Shown here: piece by piece, positions 10,519-19,946 of the stretch | Layout: the number at the start of each line of letters is the position of its first letter | Numbering within the stretch: position 1 is the stretch's first letter | From: Candidatus Doudnabacteria bacterium | Lineage (GTDB): Bacteria; Patescibacteriota; Doudnabacteria; UBA920; O2-02-FULL-48-8 | Assembly: GCA_037200925.1 (NCBI GenBank) | Contig: JBBCGO010000001.1 | Coordinates: 246,366 to 310,365 of the forward strand | Direction of reading: 5' to 3' | DNA: 64,000 nucleotides | Notes under the pieces: model-generated | The model's database searches: none | What the model saw: the letters and a program-made list of their open reading frames with translations, nothing else | What the model was told of the DNA's origin: nothing | Program-made: the position numbers and the translations under genes

Positions 10519-11451
10519 CTAATTGTTGATACCGCACAATTGTTTGACCGCAGAGATATCTTCTGCCGTCAATTTTTCATTTTTGCCCTGGTTCAGATAA
10601 TACATGATGGCCTCAGGGTTGGTATTGATGTGAGAAAGCCCTAAAGCATGACCGAGCTCGTGAGCCAAAACCCGGATCAGCTGGTTTTGATTGTCAAATT
10701 CATAAATGTCAATTTCATTGCCCGATGAATCGGACTTATACAAGCCTTCTTCAAATTCCTGCCCGCGGCTTTGGCCTACCGTGTTATATTGCGACACATT
10801 CAAATTAAGCGCGGACCCGATCCGGTTCAGCGTGCTGGCCAAAGCATTGATCTGGTCAACAATTGCATTAAACTGGTCTTTTTCCTGGTTGATCTGAGCG
10901 GCCTGCGCATTGAGCTGGTCGCGCTGGGCATTCAATTGCGCTGCGGTTTGGCGGTCAGCCCCGCCGTTGGAATTCCAATAATTCACCTGCTGCTCATAAG
11001 CGGCGCGCTGTTTTTCGTATGAGGCTGTATCGGCATCGAGTTTTTGCTTCCGGACCTTATCGTCCGCGCTCAAAGAATCATAACGCGCCTTCAGCGTATT
11101 GTAAGACGACTGCGAATCGTCGATGGTCAGGCCCAGCGCCCGCAATTTGTCCGTCGCCTCCTGGCGATAGTCATAAACCAGATTGATCTTCAGCTTGCCG
11201 GCCGCAGAATACTGGAACAGGTCTTTACTGATCGGCATATCCCAGATCTGGACTGCCTGGTTCACGTCATCCAAAAATTTCTGCTGCGTTACGCCGAACT
11301 TGGGATCAAATGTTCCGATGGAGTAAGTGATCGGAGCCGTGCAGGGTTTGGCAAACAGATGCAGATTTTTTGACTGATAATAAAAAACACCGCCTGCCGC
11401 GGCCAGAACAATAAAAATAAAAAATATAATTAAATTCTTGTATTTTGACAT
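10519..11451 (-). CDS. Matrixin (M10)-family metalloprotease with long coiled-coil insert
   Basis: HELGHALGLSH zinc motif plus Met-turn (AIMY); N-terminal TM anchor. Confidence 0.88.
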   Translation of the reverse strand: MSKYKNLIIFFIFIVLAAAGGVFYYQSKNLHLFAKPCTAPITYSIGTFDPKFGVTQQKFLDDVNQAVQIWDMPISKDLFQYSAAGKLKINLVYDYRQEATDKLRALGLTIDDSQSSYNTLKARYDSLSADDKVRKQKLDADTASYEKQRAAYEQQVNYWNSNGGADRQTAAQLNAQRDQLNAQAAQINQEKDQFNAIVDQINALASTLNRIGSALNLNVSQYNTVGQSRGQEFEEGLYKSDSSGNEIDIYEFDNQNQLIRVLAHELGHALGLSHINTNPEAIMYYLNQGKNEKLTAEDISAVKQLCGINN

Positions 11452-11500
11452 TTATCTGCTAATCGGATAATATACTGTTAAATACCGAACACATGGGAGG

Positions 11501-11899
11501 ATGAACATGAAGCGCGGGGCTAAAACCACTCTCTCGCATGCCATCTCGACTGAAAGGCATACACTGGAACGATCCGAAGAGCTGGATTCCTGGGACAAGG
11601 CATTTAAGGAAGTCCGCCGGCTTTGGAACAAAGGGCGCCGCCAGCTCTACCTGGTCGCACGCCGGGATATCAAGGAACGGCACTTCGTGGCGTTCCCGCT
11701 GCCGGATCCGGAACATGTCGATCTGCTTGAGTATCAATGCCGGGACATGATCGTTGCGTCCAAGTTCGTGGTCCTGGACACTGAGACAAAAGAACAGACC
11801 AGTTCGGCGGATCAGACGGCCATCCGGGCCATTGCGTTGGTCTACATGAGCACCGACGAATCGTTCAATGACCACGATCTGCCGCATGTCGAATTCTGA
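11501..11899 (+). CDS. Hypothetical protein
   Basis: SD GGGAGG; TTGACA at 11445; start at 11501 or 11507. Confidence 0.55.
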   Translation: MNMKRGAKTTLSHAISTERHTLERSEELDSWDKAFKEVRRLWNKGRRQLYLVARRDIKERHFVAFPLPDPEHVDLLEYQCRDMIVASKFVVLDTETKEQTSSADQTAIRAIALVYMSTDESFNDHDLPHVEF

Positions 11900-11910
11900 G
11901 AACATCCCGC

Positions 11911-12120
11911 ATGACACCCTTGCTCAGCCAGATCCCCGACGGGCAGATATTCGTACTCCTCGAACCGGCAGGAAATGTCCGCGCCCACATCGCGATCATC
12001 CGCAAGGACAAAAGTTTCTTCCTGCTGAAACACGACAATAGCCCCTATGGGGAACCGCTGAAAATCCCGGGCGACCCGATAAGCGTGCCCGTCAACTACA
12101 TTACGGATTGGAAAGCTTAG
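11911..12120 (+). CDS. Hypothetical protein
   Basis: 69-aa ORF 11 bp after the preceding gene, followed by a hairpin and T-run. Confidence 0.45.
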   Translation: MTPLLSQIPDGQIFVLLEPAGNVRAHIAIIRKDKSFFLLKHDNSPYGEPLKIPGDPISVPVNYITDWKA

Positions 12121-12183
12121 GGTTGACTATTCTGATAATCACAGGTCTCAAGCATCGCTTGAGGCTTTTCTTTTTATCCGGAT

Positions 12184-12732
12184 TTATTCCGGTTTCAGAA
12201 GCGGCGCGAATTTTTGCCGCAGTTTGGCGATCTTCGGATTTATGACAAACTGGCAATAGGCTTTGTTCTTATTCTGCTCATAATAGCGCTGGTGATAGCT
12301 TTCCGCCGGCCAAAATTTTTCCAAAGCCGAAACTTCGGTCACGATCGGATCGTCGAAAGTCTCGTCATCTTCAAGTTTTTTGATGAATTGTTCGGCTTCG
12401 GTTTTTTGCTCGGCAGTCATATAAAAAACCGCGGAGCGGTACTGCTCGCCCACATCATCGCCCTGGCGGTTCAGTGTGGTCGGATCATGCGTGCCGAAGA
12501 ACACATTCAAAAGATCCGCAAACTTTACGACCTTCGGATCAAACTCGATCTTGATGGCTTCCGCATGCCCGGTGTTGCCCGCGCTGACCTGCTCATAAGT
12601 CGGATTATCAGTGTGTCCGCCGGCATAGCCGGATTCCACGGATTCCACGCCTTTCAGGCGCGTGAAAATAGCTTCCGTGCACCAAAAGCACCCGCCGCCG
12701 AATACCGCAGTTTCCAATTTTTTGTCTGGCAT
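12184..12732 (-). CDS. msrA: Peptide-methionine (S)-S-oxide reductase
   Basis: GGGCFWC, TGHAE, HDPTTLNRQG, AESYHQ. Confidence 0.97.
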   Translation of the reverse strand: MPDKKLETAVFGGGCFWCTEAIFTRLKGVESVESGYAGGHTDNPTYEQVSAGNTGHAEAIKIEFDPKVVKFADLLNVFFGTHDPTTLNRQGDDVGEQYRSAVFYMTAEQKTEAEQFIKKLEDDETFDDPIVTEVSALEKFWPAESYHQRYYEQNKNKAYCQFVINPKIAKLRQKFAPLLKPE

Positions 12733-12736
12733 TAAC

Positions 12737-13213
12737 TTATTTATTTAATTCCCAGATGTTGTAATTCAAATAAGTAGTAAAGCAAACCCACGCAAAATAC
12801 GGCAGGAGCAGAAGCGAGGCCGGCATCGAAACCGGATATGCAAGCAAAATCAGCGCCAGCACGGACAGACCCAGGGCGGTGGATTCCACTGTTGCCAGCC
12901 CGGTCAGATGCAGGGTGAAAAATAAAAAATTCCAGAAAACATTCATGACCCCGTTCAGTACAAAAAGTCCGATAGTATAAATGAATATCGGATCGCTGTG
13001 CGCGATGTCGCTGGAATTCCAGATGATCATCACAGAAATAGCGGTCAGAACATATATCCCGGTCCAGACCCGGCCTATCGTGATGCCATCAGGCGCTATA
13101 TCCGGCAGCTGAAGCCTCTTATACCAGCTTTTCAAGCCTATCTCAACAAACTCACTGCCGGAAAGCGCCACCAGCGCGGTTATTAAAGGGATTATAATGT
13201 AATTTAATTTCAT
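12737..13213 (-). CDS. tspO: TspO/MBR tryptophan-rich sensory protein
   Basis: WYKRL..P, VWTGIY, WNFLFF, LLLPYFAWV. Confidence 0.88.
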   Translation of the reverse strand: MKLNYIIIPLITALVALSGSEFVEIGLKSWYKRLQLPDIAPDGITIGRVWTGIYVLTAISVMIIWNSSDIAHSDPIFIYTIGLFVLNGVMNVFWNFLFFTLHLTGLATVESTALGLSVLALILLAYPVSMPASLLLLPYFAWVCFTTYLNYNIWELNK

Positions 13214-13307
13214 TTTTGCCGGTTAATTTGGTTTAATTATACCCCACGGCAGACAGGGAGTCAAAAATAGTATTGGCTAATGCTTTTCATTTTTGTTTGA
13301 ATCAGTG

Positions 13308-13598
13308 CTATCCAATGGACAGACTAGACATTCCTTTAACAAAGAAAAACATTAATAAAGCAATAAGAAATAAAACAGCACTCGTTGCTTTAGCCCAATC
13401 GTTCTTGTGTTTAACACTAACCCAAAACATAAAAATTGAACCTATAATCGGTATAAATAAAATGGTAAAGAAGAATCCATTGTAGTCTGTAACATAAAAT
13501 CCTTTAAAATAATTTTCCAGTACTGGAGAGCCCCAAAATACGATATTTGGTAAAAGAACTAAAAGCAAAAAAATCCAAGTAATCTTATTGTTTAACAT
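13308..13598 (-). CDS. Small 3-TM membrane protein (paralogue of neighbour)
   Basis: Three hydrophobic segments; abuts the upstream paralogue. Confidence 0.65.
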   Translation of the reverse strand: MLNNKITWIFLLLVLLPNIVFWGSPVLENYFKGFYVTDYNGFFFTILFIPIIGSIFMFWVSVKHKNDWAKATSAVLFLIALLMFFFVKGMSSLSIG

Positions 13599-13895
13599 TT
13601 AGAAACCGAAGTTAGAAAATATATAACCAAAAAATAACACTAATATACTAATTAAAAAAACTATACTAGACAAAGCACTTATTAATCTATGTCGGTTCCT
13701 AATACTTACAAAAAAACTAATAATAGAGCCAACTAAAGATACAATGGCTAAGATAAACGTTATTGTATTTAGATAATCTAAATTCCATGATTGATTTTTT
13801 AAAACAAAACTATTGATGCAAATTAACACTAAGGGCAGGACCGCAATAAACCAAAAGAACACGGATAACTTTTTATTACTCATAACTTTAGTCAA
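13599..13895 (-). CDS. Small 3-TM membrane protein
   Basis: Three hydrophobic segments; starts 7 bp after the lipase stop. Confidence 0.65.
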   Translation of the reverse strand: MTKVMSNKKLSVFFWFIAVLPLVLICINSFVLKNQSWNLDYLNTITFILAIVSLVGSIISFFVSIRNRHRLISALSSIVFLISILVLFFGYIFSNFGF

Positions 13896-13902
13896 CTATT
13901 AA

Positions 13903-16458
13903 TTATTTAATTAAATTAGTTATTGCCAAAAGCATATCATTTTTATTCGCAGGCACGGTTTGTTTTAGATCATATCCATAAGATCTAAATTCTTCCATGG
14001 TTTTAAATCCATAACGTTTCTCATTGTTTACAAGCCAAACGGTCTGACCATCAAAGATCAAGCTTCCATTGGGATGAATCTCGTCAGGATCTGTGATCAA
14101 CCCGCCCAGTTCATATGCGTTTAAATCCGCTGTCAGGACCTGGTTAAATCCGAATCCCAACCCTTTGAACGCTTTTTCCGAGGCAAATCCATACTTTTTG
14201 CCTTTGCTCCCAATCATATAGATCGTTCGATTATCCATTAAATCCAATGCCAAAGTGCCGTCTCTAAGCTTGCTAACTGGTTTCTCTAATATCTTAGCAT
14301 TATCTTGCGGTTTTTTGCTATCGCTTGTCGCAGGAGCCGCGGCTATAATACTTCCACCACCGCTTCCCCCGCCACTGCTCCCAGAAATTGGAATATAGGG
14401 CGCGGTATTAATTGCCTGTGTTAAGACTTGAACGGGATCAACCGAATTGATCGTTGAAAAAATATTTGAATTGTCAACCATAATATTATTATCATCAGAA
14501 TTTTGAGAAACATTAAAACTTATACTACTGCCGAGAACGATGCGGACGTTGTCAAACAAAGTATTGTTTGTAACCTGATCATTGTTGATATCAGAAACAA
14601 TCAAGTCAAAACTGCCATTGGCTGTCCCGGTTCCTTGAATTGTATAAGTCTGGCCTTCGTCTGTGGGCAGAAAAATATAAGCCTCGTCATCAATCACTTC
14701 GTATTGAACACCAGGAATATTATTTTCAATCGTACCGTCACTAAGCGGTCCGCTATGATTGTTTAAAGAATCATAAATCTGCACAGATACCGGACTGCGC
14801 CAATTAAGTTCCTTTCCATTCAAGGGACAGAAGTTCGGATTGGTACTAGTATTGGAACTAAGGGTTTCGTGGCCATCTAGAATTCCCGCGATGAGTTGTT
14901 TTACTCCATCCATACTTGGCAATTTTACATGCTCCGCATCTTTAACATAATATTCGGTACCTGAAGAATAGTCTGCACTGACAAATGGCACGGTACCATC
15001 GCCATTAGAATATTGTATATTTACTATTTTTCTTTTTGAGTCATCAATCGTGAAAAGATCCCTAGTAGATGCCCGTTTGCAACCAACGATATTGAATACC
15101 TTGATATCACCATAGTCCAAGTCTTCTAATTTTTTTGCAAAAAAACTTTGCGCCTGGTTAATTAGGGAAATATTCTTACCTAATTCGAACAAGTAAATAT
15201 TTGTATCGGTATAATCCAATACTTTATTTAACGAAGTGACTTTTATATAACCCTGGTAGCGATTAAAATATTTCTTATTAGGGAGCAATTCATACATTGA
15301 TGGTGAATTCAAGGCGATAGATTTGACCTCGAGTGGATTAATAAAATATGACATTGGTGTACCCAAATCACCAGAGAGTAAGGCGTTTGCTGCTTTAGGC
15401 GCTCCTAAGTGAGGAGTGCCTACAAAAATTAACTTATCAATAGTAGAAGTCCCGAATTGATTAATGTAATCTTCAGTGATTAATCCACCCATACTATGAG
15501 CAATTATATCTATTTTATCAGCTCCGGTTTGTTTTTTAATATCCAATATTTTTTGGTTCAACTCATCACGATCAATATCTAAATCAAGCCGCCAATCGTA
15601 AGGAAAGACAAATAGATTTTGGTCTAAAGTATAGCCATTATTTTCTAGATTTTGAATTAATCCTTCAAAAATTATAGTATGAGTAAAAGCAAAATCATAG
15701 CGTTCAATTATATTACCGCTATTTATACTATTAATAGAATTTCCTTCGTCGTCTAAACTTAAATGATTAGTTAAGAAATTGTGAGGTGAAAAAAAATCGG
15801 CTATCAATTCGGTTGGGTTCATCCAAATTAAACTATCCCCATCATAAAGTTCGCTACCCATGATTCCGGGTATTATCAAAACTGGTCTAAGACCCGTTGG
15901 TTCAGGAGCTGTTCCTGTTGGGTTTTGGACATCATCCACATCCACTACATATGAATAGCTTGAAACTGTTGCGACCGGAAAATTGTCCAGTACCTCAGCC
16001 CAGATGTATTTGACTGATCCACTCGCAAGGACTGGTGTGGCCGGCTCATCATTGAACACATAATTAGCCAGGTCAGTATCATATGAAAAAACATTTTGGC
16101 CGGGGATGACCTCGGGCTGGAAGGCAAATCCCGCGATTAGTGTACAAGTTGCGTCCATAAAATTGATTTTGATATTTGTGGATGCCGTGCTTGGAAATAG
16201 CAAATTTATGCTCAAAGTTATCACTGTCCCATTTTTTGAGGCAAAATGGTTGTTATCCGATCCGTAACTAAAAGCTCTTGTCCCATCTTCTTGGGACATA
16301 TCCGCAACCAAATGAGCCGAAGCCTGCGCCGAATCACAGTCTGTAGTCGGCAAAGACAGGTCAGCCCGGGTTTTTCCGGGTACAAAAAAGACGCTCAAAA
16401 CAAGCGCCGCGACTAGTATTATTCTGAATATCCGTTCTTTACATAAGCCGGAAAGCAT
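13903..16458 (-). CDS. Secreted LCAT/PGAP1-like alpha/beta-hydrolase (lipase/phospholipase) with duplicated C-terminal module
   Basis: Signal peptide; IPGIMGSEL, FPYDWR, IAHSMGGL, GTPHLGAP, NGDGTVP. Confidence 0.85.
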   Translation of the reverse strand: MLSGLCKERIFRIILVAALVLSVFFVPGKTRADLSLPTTDCDSAQASAHLVADMSQEDGTRAFSYGSDNNHFASKNGTVITLSINLLFPSTASTNIKINFMDATCTLIAGFAFQPEVIPGQNVFSYDTDLANYVFNDEPATPVLASGSVKYIWAEVLDNFPVATVSSYSYVVDVDDVQNPTGTAPEPTGLRPVLIIPGIMGSELYDGDSLIWMNPTELIADFFSPHNFLTNHLSLDDEGNSINSINSGNIIERYDFAFTHTIIFEGLIQNLENNGYTLDQNLFVFPYDWRLDLDIDRDELNQKILDIKKQTGADKIDIIAHSMGGLITEDYINQFGTSTIDKLIFVGTPHLGAPKAANALLSGDLGTPMSYFINPLEVKSIALNSPSMYELLPNKKYFNRYQGYIKVTSLNKVLDYTDTNIYLFELGKNISLINQAQSFFAKKLEDLDYGDIKVFNIVGCKRASTRDLFTIDDSKRKIVNIQYSNGDGTVPFVSADYSSGTEYYVKDAEHVKLPSMDGVKQLIAGILDGHETLSSNTSTNPNFCPLNGKELNWRSPVSVQIYDSLNNHSGPLSDGTIENNIPGVQYEVIDDEAYIFLPTDEGQTYTIQGTGTANGSFDLIVSDINNDQVTNNTLFDNVRIVLGSSISFNVSQNSDDNNIMVDNSNIFSTINSVDPVQVLTQAINTAPYIPISGSSGGGSGGGSIIAAAPATSDSKKPQDNAKILEKPVSKLRDGTLALDLMDNRTIYMIGSKGKKYGFASEKAFKGLGFGFNQVLTADLNAYELGGLITDPDEIHPNGSLIFDGQTVWLVNNEKRYGFKTMEEFRSYGYDLKQTVPANKNDMLLAITNLIK

Positions 16459-16524
16459 ATTTAGAACTAATTGGTCTTTTTTACTCTATCAATTGCTTAC
16501 GCTTAAGTCAAGAGGGTTCCTCCA

Positions 16525-16552
16525 ACTATTCTCTAATTCGCGCGAATTAGAG
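16525..16552. repeat. ATTCGCGCGAAT palindromic repeat, copy 1
   Basis: Perfect 22-bp palindrome CTCTAATTCGCGCGAATTAGAG at 16531-16552. Confidence 0.85.
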
Positions 16553-16807
16553 TTCGTTAATCAGGGATTTGACGAATGTTCGCTGGTTTGGATTTAGCCG
16601 GTAAAATACTGTGAGACTTCTTTGTTCTTTATCAACCAGATCCGCATGCGCCAATAGATTCAAATGTTTGGATGTTGCCTTAAGTGAAAGTTTGATCTGG
16701 TCCGCAATCTGGCCGACTGAGGCTTCGCGCTGATGCTTTAAACACTTGAGAATTGCCAACCGCCGCCGGTTAGCTAAGGCCTTCACAATTCTTTCTATTT
16801 CTTTCAT
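16547..16807 (-). CDS. ArsR/SmtB family transcriptional regulator
   Basis: KALANRRRLAIL, SVGQIA, SKHLNLL, VFYRL winged HTH. Confidence 0.9.
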   Translation of the reverse strand: MKEIERIVKALANRRRLAILKCLKHQREASVGQIADQIKLSLKATSKHLNLLAHADLVDKEQRSLTVFYRLNPNQRTFVKSLINEL

Positions 16808-16821
16808 ATATGGATTATATT

Positions 16822-16849
16822 ACTATTCTCCTATTCGCGCGAATTAGAG
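16822..16849. repeat. ATTCGCGCGAAT palindromic repeat, copy 2
   Basis: 26/28 identical to 16525-16552. Confidence 0.85.
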
Positions 16850-16916
16850 ACGGTATGGCCGGTTGCAATCTGGACGATTATAAGTATTATTATATCAAAT
16901 GACGAGGAGGAATTAG

Positions 16917-17534
16917 ATGGCCTTGCCGCACATCATTCCGATAGATCCGATACTGATGCGCCATGCGTTTGACGACCCTGACTGGATCTTCGAGCCGAAG
17001 TTCGACGGATACCGGGGAGTCCTGTACATTGACGGCAATGAAAGTTATTTCCGTTCAAAGCGCAACAAGCCGCTTAGAGCATTCAACGACCTGGCTCACA
17101 AGATCCGCAAGGAGCTTAAGGTCAAAGCAGCCATCATGGACGGCGAGATCACTGTACTGGACGCCAAAACCGGGTATTCGGACTTCAAAGCTTTGCATTC
17201 TCGCAAAGGCACACCGGTCTATATGGCGTTCGACCTGCTTTGGTTGGGCCAGCGGGACCTGACTGCTTTGCCGCTGATCGAACGCAAAAAAAAGCTGCGG
17301 TCGCTGACCCGCGCCGAGGGCTGGATCAGGTTCGTGCAGCACATAACCGGCCAAGGACAGATGTTCATGGACCAGATCGTGGCCGCGGGACTGGAAGGCA
17401 TGGTGGCCAAAGAAAAAAAAGGCGTCTATGCGCGCCCCACCAATTGGATGAAGGTCCTGAATCCGAACATCAAGGAGCAAAGACACGACAGAGCCAAGAT
17501 GTTCAACCGTTACAGAGGTAAAGAAAATGCCTGA
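16917..17534 (+). CDS. ATP-dependent DNA ligase, stand-alone adenylation domain (LigD/LigC-like)
   Basis: FEPKFDGYR motif I, MDGEI, AFDLLW, LEGMVAK, WMKV; SD GAGGAGG. Confidence 0.85.
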   Translation: MALPHIIPIDPILMRHAFDDPDWIFEPKFDGYRGVLYIDGNESYFRSKRNKPLRAFNDLAHKIRKELKVKAAIMDGEITVLDAKTGYSDFKALHSRKGTPVYMAFDLLWLGQRDLTALPLIERKKKLRSLTRAEGWIRFVQHITGQGQMFMDQIVAAGLEGMVAKEKKGVYARPTNWMKVLNPNIKEQRHDRAKMFNRYRGKENA

Positions 17535-17560
17535 GCGCTCTTCCGCTCAGGCTTATTTTT

Positions 17561-17752
17561 TTATAATATATTTTGCACTCGGCCGACCTGCCCGTCTTCC
17601 AGCCGGACTTTTATGCCGCGATGGTGAAAATCAGAACTGGTCAGAATTTCAGCCACACGGCCGCGGGTCAGAGTGCCGGTGCCCTGATGCTCTTTCAGAA
17701 TCACCTCTACTTCCATGCCGGGTTTTATATCATCGCGATTGTTTCCGTTCAT
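17561..17752 (-). CDS. YwbE family protein
   Basis: DIKPG.EV..ILK, ILTSS..HHRGIKVRL.DGQVGRVQ. Confidence 0.85.
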   Translation of the reverse strand: MNGNNRDDIKPGMEVEVILKEHQGTGTLTRGRVAEILTSSDFHHRGIKVRLEDGQVGRVQNIL

Positions 17753-17999
17753 AGTTGGCTTTCCTGATGATTTCCAATTTTTCGCTTTGGGATAATTGTT
17801 TGATGCGATATTCTTTGGCCTGCGCAGAAGATCTGTTGCGGAATTTTTGGGAAAAAATAAGTTTTACCGGCCTTCTGCCCCGCGTGTATTTGGCGCCCAA
17901 AACCGAGGAATTATGCTCGCGCACTCTTCTGGCCAGATCGACGCAGATGCCGGTATAGAGCGTCTTATCCGCGCATCTGAGAATGTAAACATAATACAT
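17730..17999 (-). CDS. GIY-YIG nuclease family protein (YazA-like)
   Basis: YYVYILRCAD..LYTGI, GAKYTRGRRP. Confidence 0.9.
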   Translation of the reverse strand: MYYVYILRCADKTLYTGICVDLARRVREHNSSVLGAKYTRGRRPVKLIFSQKFRNRSSAQAKEYRIKQLSQSEKLEIIRKANYERKQSR

Positions 18000-18025
18000 A
18001 AGATGATCAGAAAAACACCAAAGCT

Positions 18026-18256
18026 CTATTTTTTATACTGATTTATTTTATTTTCCAGGACTTTTTTCGCCTCAGGATTGGTCATCGTCGGCAAAAGACT
18101 TTCCGCTTCACGGATATACAGATCCCTGTTATTCCCAACTATTCCTGGAGCAGTCTCCACTTCGCCCGGGTTATCGATCAGCTTTGACAGCCTCATCGCC
18201 ATTTCCACATCGCTTGCCCTCTCTTCCGGATTCCCTTGTTCTTTCTCATTTTCCAT
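18026..18256 (-). CDS. Hypothetical protein
   Basis: 76-aa charged ORF. Confidence 0.55.
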   Translation of the reverse strand: MENEKEQGNPEERASDVEMAMRLSKLIDNPGEVETAPGIVGNNRDLYIREAESLLPTMTNPEAKKVLENKINQYKK

Positions 18257-18393
18257 ATTGATAATTTCTTAATGATAATTTATTTTCTTACAACCATTCC
18301 AGCATATGGTTGATAGTTAATAACTGCATGCATTATAACCAAAAATGGGAACAAAAAAAAGAGCCCAAGGAACTTTCGTTCACTTAAGCTCTG

Positions 18394-19842
18394 TTAGATA
18401 ATGCTCGGCAATTCTGCTGAGAATGCGCTTTCTGATGTGGCATCAAATGCCGTCACTGCAAAGTAATACGTCACGTTTGCCGTAAACCCGATCAGAGGAA
18501 GCTGCGTGCCTGTAACTGTCGCGCCTTTGGCTAATGTATCGGGGGTTGTGCCCCAGTACACATTGTATCCGAGCACTATGGCATCCGAGCCATCGGTCTT
18601 CTTTGTCACCGGATCCCACGCCAGTGTCGGTGGAGTGACCTGGACCGTGACATCCGCCGGCGTCGTCCCGGCTAGATTCGTGCAGGTCACGCTGAACGTG
18701 GTCGTGACCCTCGGCGCAATGCTCGCGGTCGTAATGGCGCTGACAAGCGCCGGCCCGCTCCAGTTGGCATTGGCCGGACTGGCCGATAGCGTGCATGTGG
18801 TGGAGTTATTCCCCGGGTTTTCCATCACTGTCGTTGATTCACCCAAACGTATCGCCGTCGGATTGGCTGTGATGGTCGGAGTCGGTGGGATCGGGGGCAC
18901 CACTGTGATCTGAAATGATGTGGTCTGTACCACCCACTGCACTGTCGCAGCAACCACAATGGTATACGTGCCTGCGGGTGTTGTGATCCCGGTTGTCAGG
19001 GTTAAGACCGAAGCGCATGTCGGGCTGCAGACGGGGTTGGCAAACGCTGATGTCATGCCGACCGGCAACCCTGACTGGACGGAAAACGTCACGGGCTGTG
19101 TCGTCCCAAACTGCAAATTCGCCGAGATCGTACTGGTCGCGGCCGGACTGCCGTTTGTGCTGATGCCGTTGTTGGTGAGCGTGAATGACGGGGGCAGAGC
19201 TGGCGGCACAGAAAGAGTGGAGCCAAGCATGGGGCCTTGCTGCGTGCCGTCAGGCAGCTGGATCTTAGCGGATGCGTGATTGAGGTTCGTGCCTGCTTCC
19301 GCCACCGTGTCCATGTACACGAGTTCAAAGTACACGGTCTGGCCGGCGGTGAAATTTATCTGCTGCGGAGTGATCCCGTTGCAGATCGTGACCGGGTTGC
19401 TTGACTGCTCGCAGTACCGCAGCCACTGGTTCACGCTCGGCGCCACCGCATTTGTCATCTGCGCGATCGGGCTTTTACCCGCGAAATTCTGGTCAGCTGT
19501 CGAATAGTAGAGCTTGCCTTTCCCGTTCGACGCCATCCAGAATTTATATTGACCAGTCTCTGGCGCTGTGTACTGGCAGCGCATGCGCGCCACCAACGGC
19601 ACGTAAATGCCGCTGACATTCAGCAGGGCCGCGAAGTTGACAGTATTCTGGACAAGGTTGGGATTGGGATTCCCCAAAAGCCACGGATTGTCCGCGAGTT
19701 GCTGAGGATCGGTTATGGCACCTGAGGCCACATTGTTCCAGGCTTCCCAGATGCACCCTACAGACCCCGGAACCGGCGGCGTTTGTGCGCTCGCCACACG
19801 TGCGACCAATACAAAAACGCACCAGAGCAGCATTCTCTTCAT
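18394..19842 (-). CDS. Secreted PA14-like + Ig-like + fibronectin type III protein
   Basis: Signal peptide, APETGQYKFWMAS (PA14-like), C-terminal LAWD..GYNVYWG..YYFAVTAFD (Fn3); SD GGAGG. Confidence 0.75.
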   Translation of the reverse strand: MKRMLLWCVFVLVARVASAQTPPVPGSVGCIWEAWNNVASGAITDPQQLADNPWLLGNPNPNLVQNTVNFAALLNVSGIYVPLVARMRCQYTAPETGQYKFWMASNGKGKLYYSTADQNFAGKSPIAQMTNAVAPSVNQWLRYCEQSSNPVTICNGITPQQINFTAGQTVYFELVYMDTVAEAGTNLNHASAKIQLPDGTQQGPMLGSTLSVPPALPPSFTLTNNGISTNGSPAATSTISANLQFGTTQPVTFSVQSGLPVGMTSAFANPVCSPTCASVLTLTTGITTPAGTYTIVVAATVQWVVQTTSFQITVVPPIPPTPTITANPTAIRLGESTTVMENPGNNSTTCTLSASPANANWSGPALVSAITTASIAPRVTTTFSVTCTNLAGTTPADVTVQVTPPTLAWDPVTKKTDGSDAIVLGYNVYWGTTPDTLAKGATVTGTQLPLIGFTANVTYYFAVTAFDATSESAFSAELPSII

Positions 19843-19946
19843 TTATGCGGTCCTCCGTTTTTTCCTGTTGCTATATGTAACGCTGTCAAAGTTGCGGCGT
19901 TACACTTAAAGTACGTACAAAAAAATCATTAACCCAATAAAGAAAT

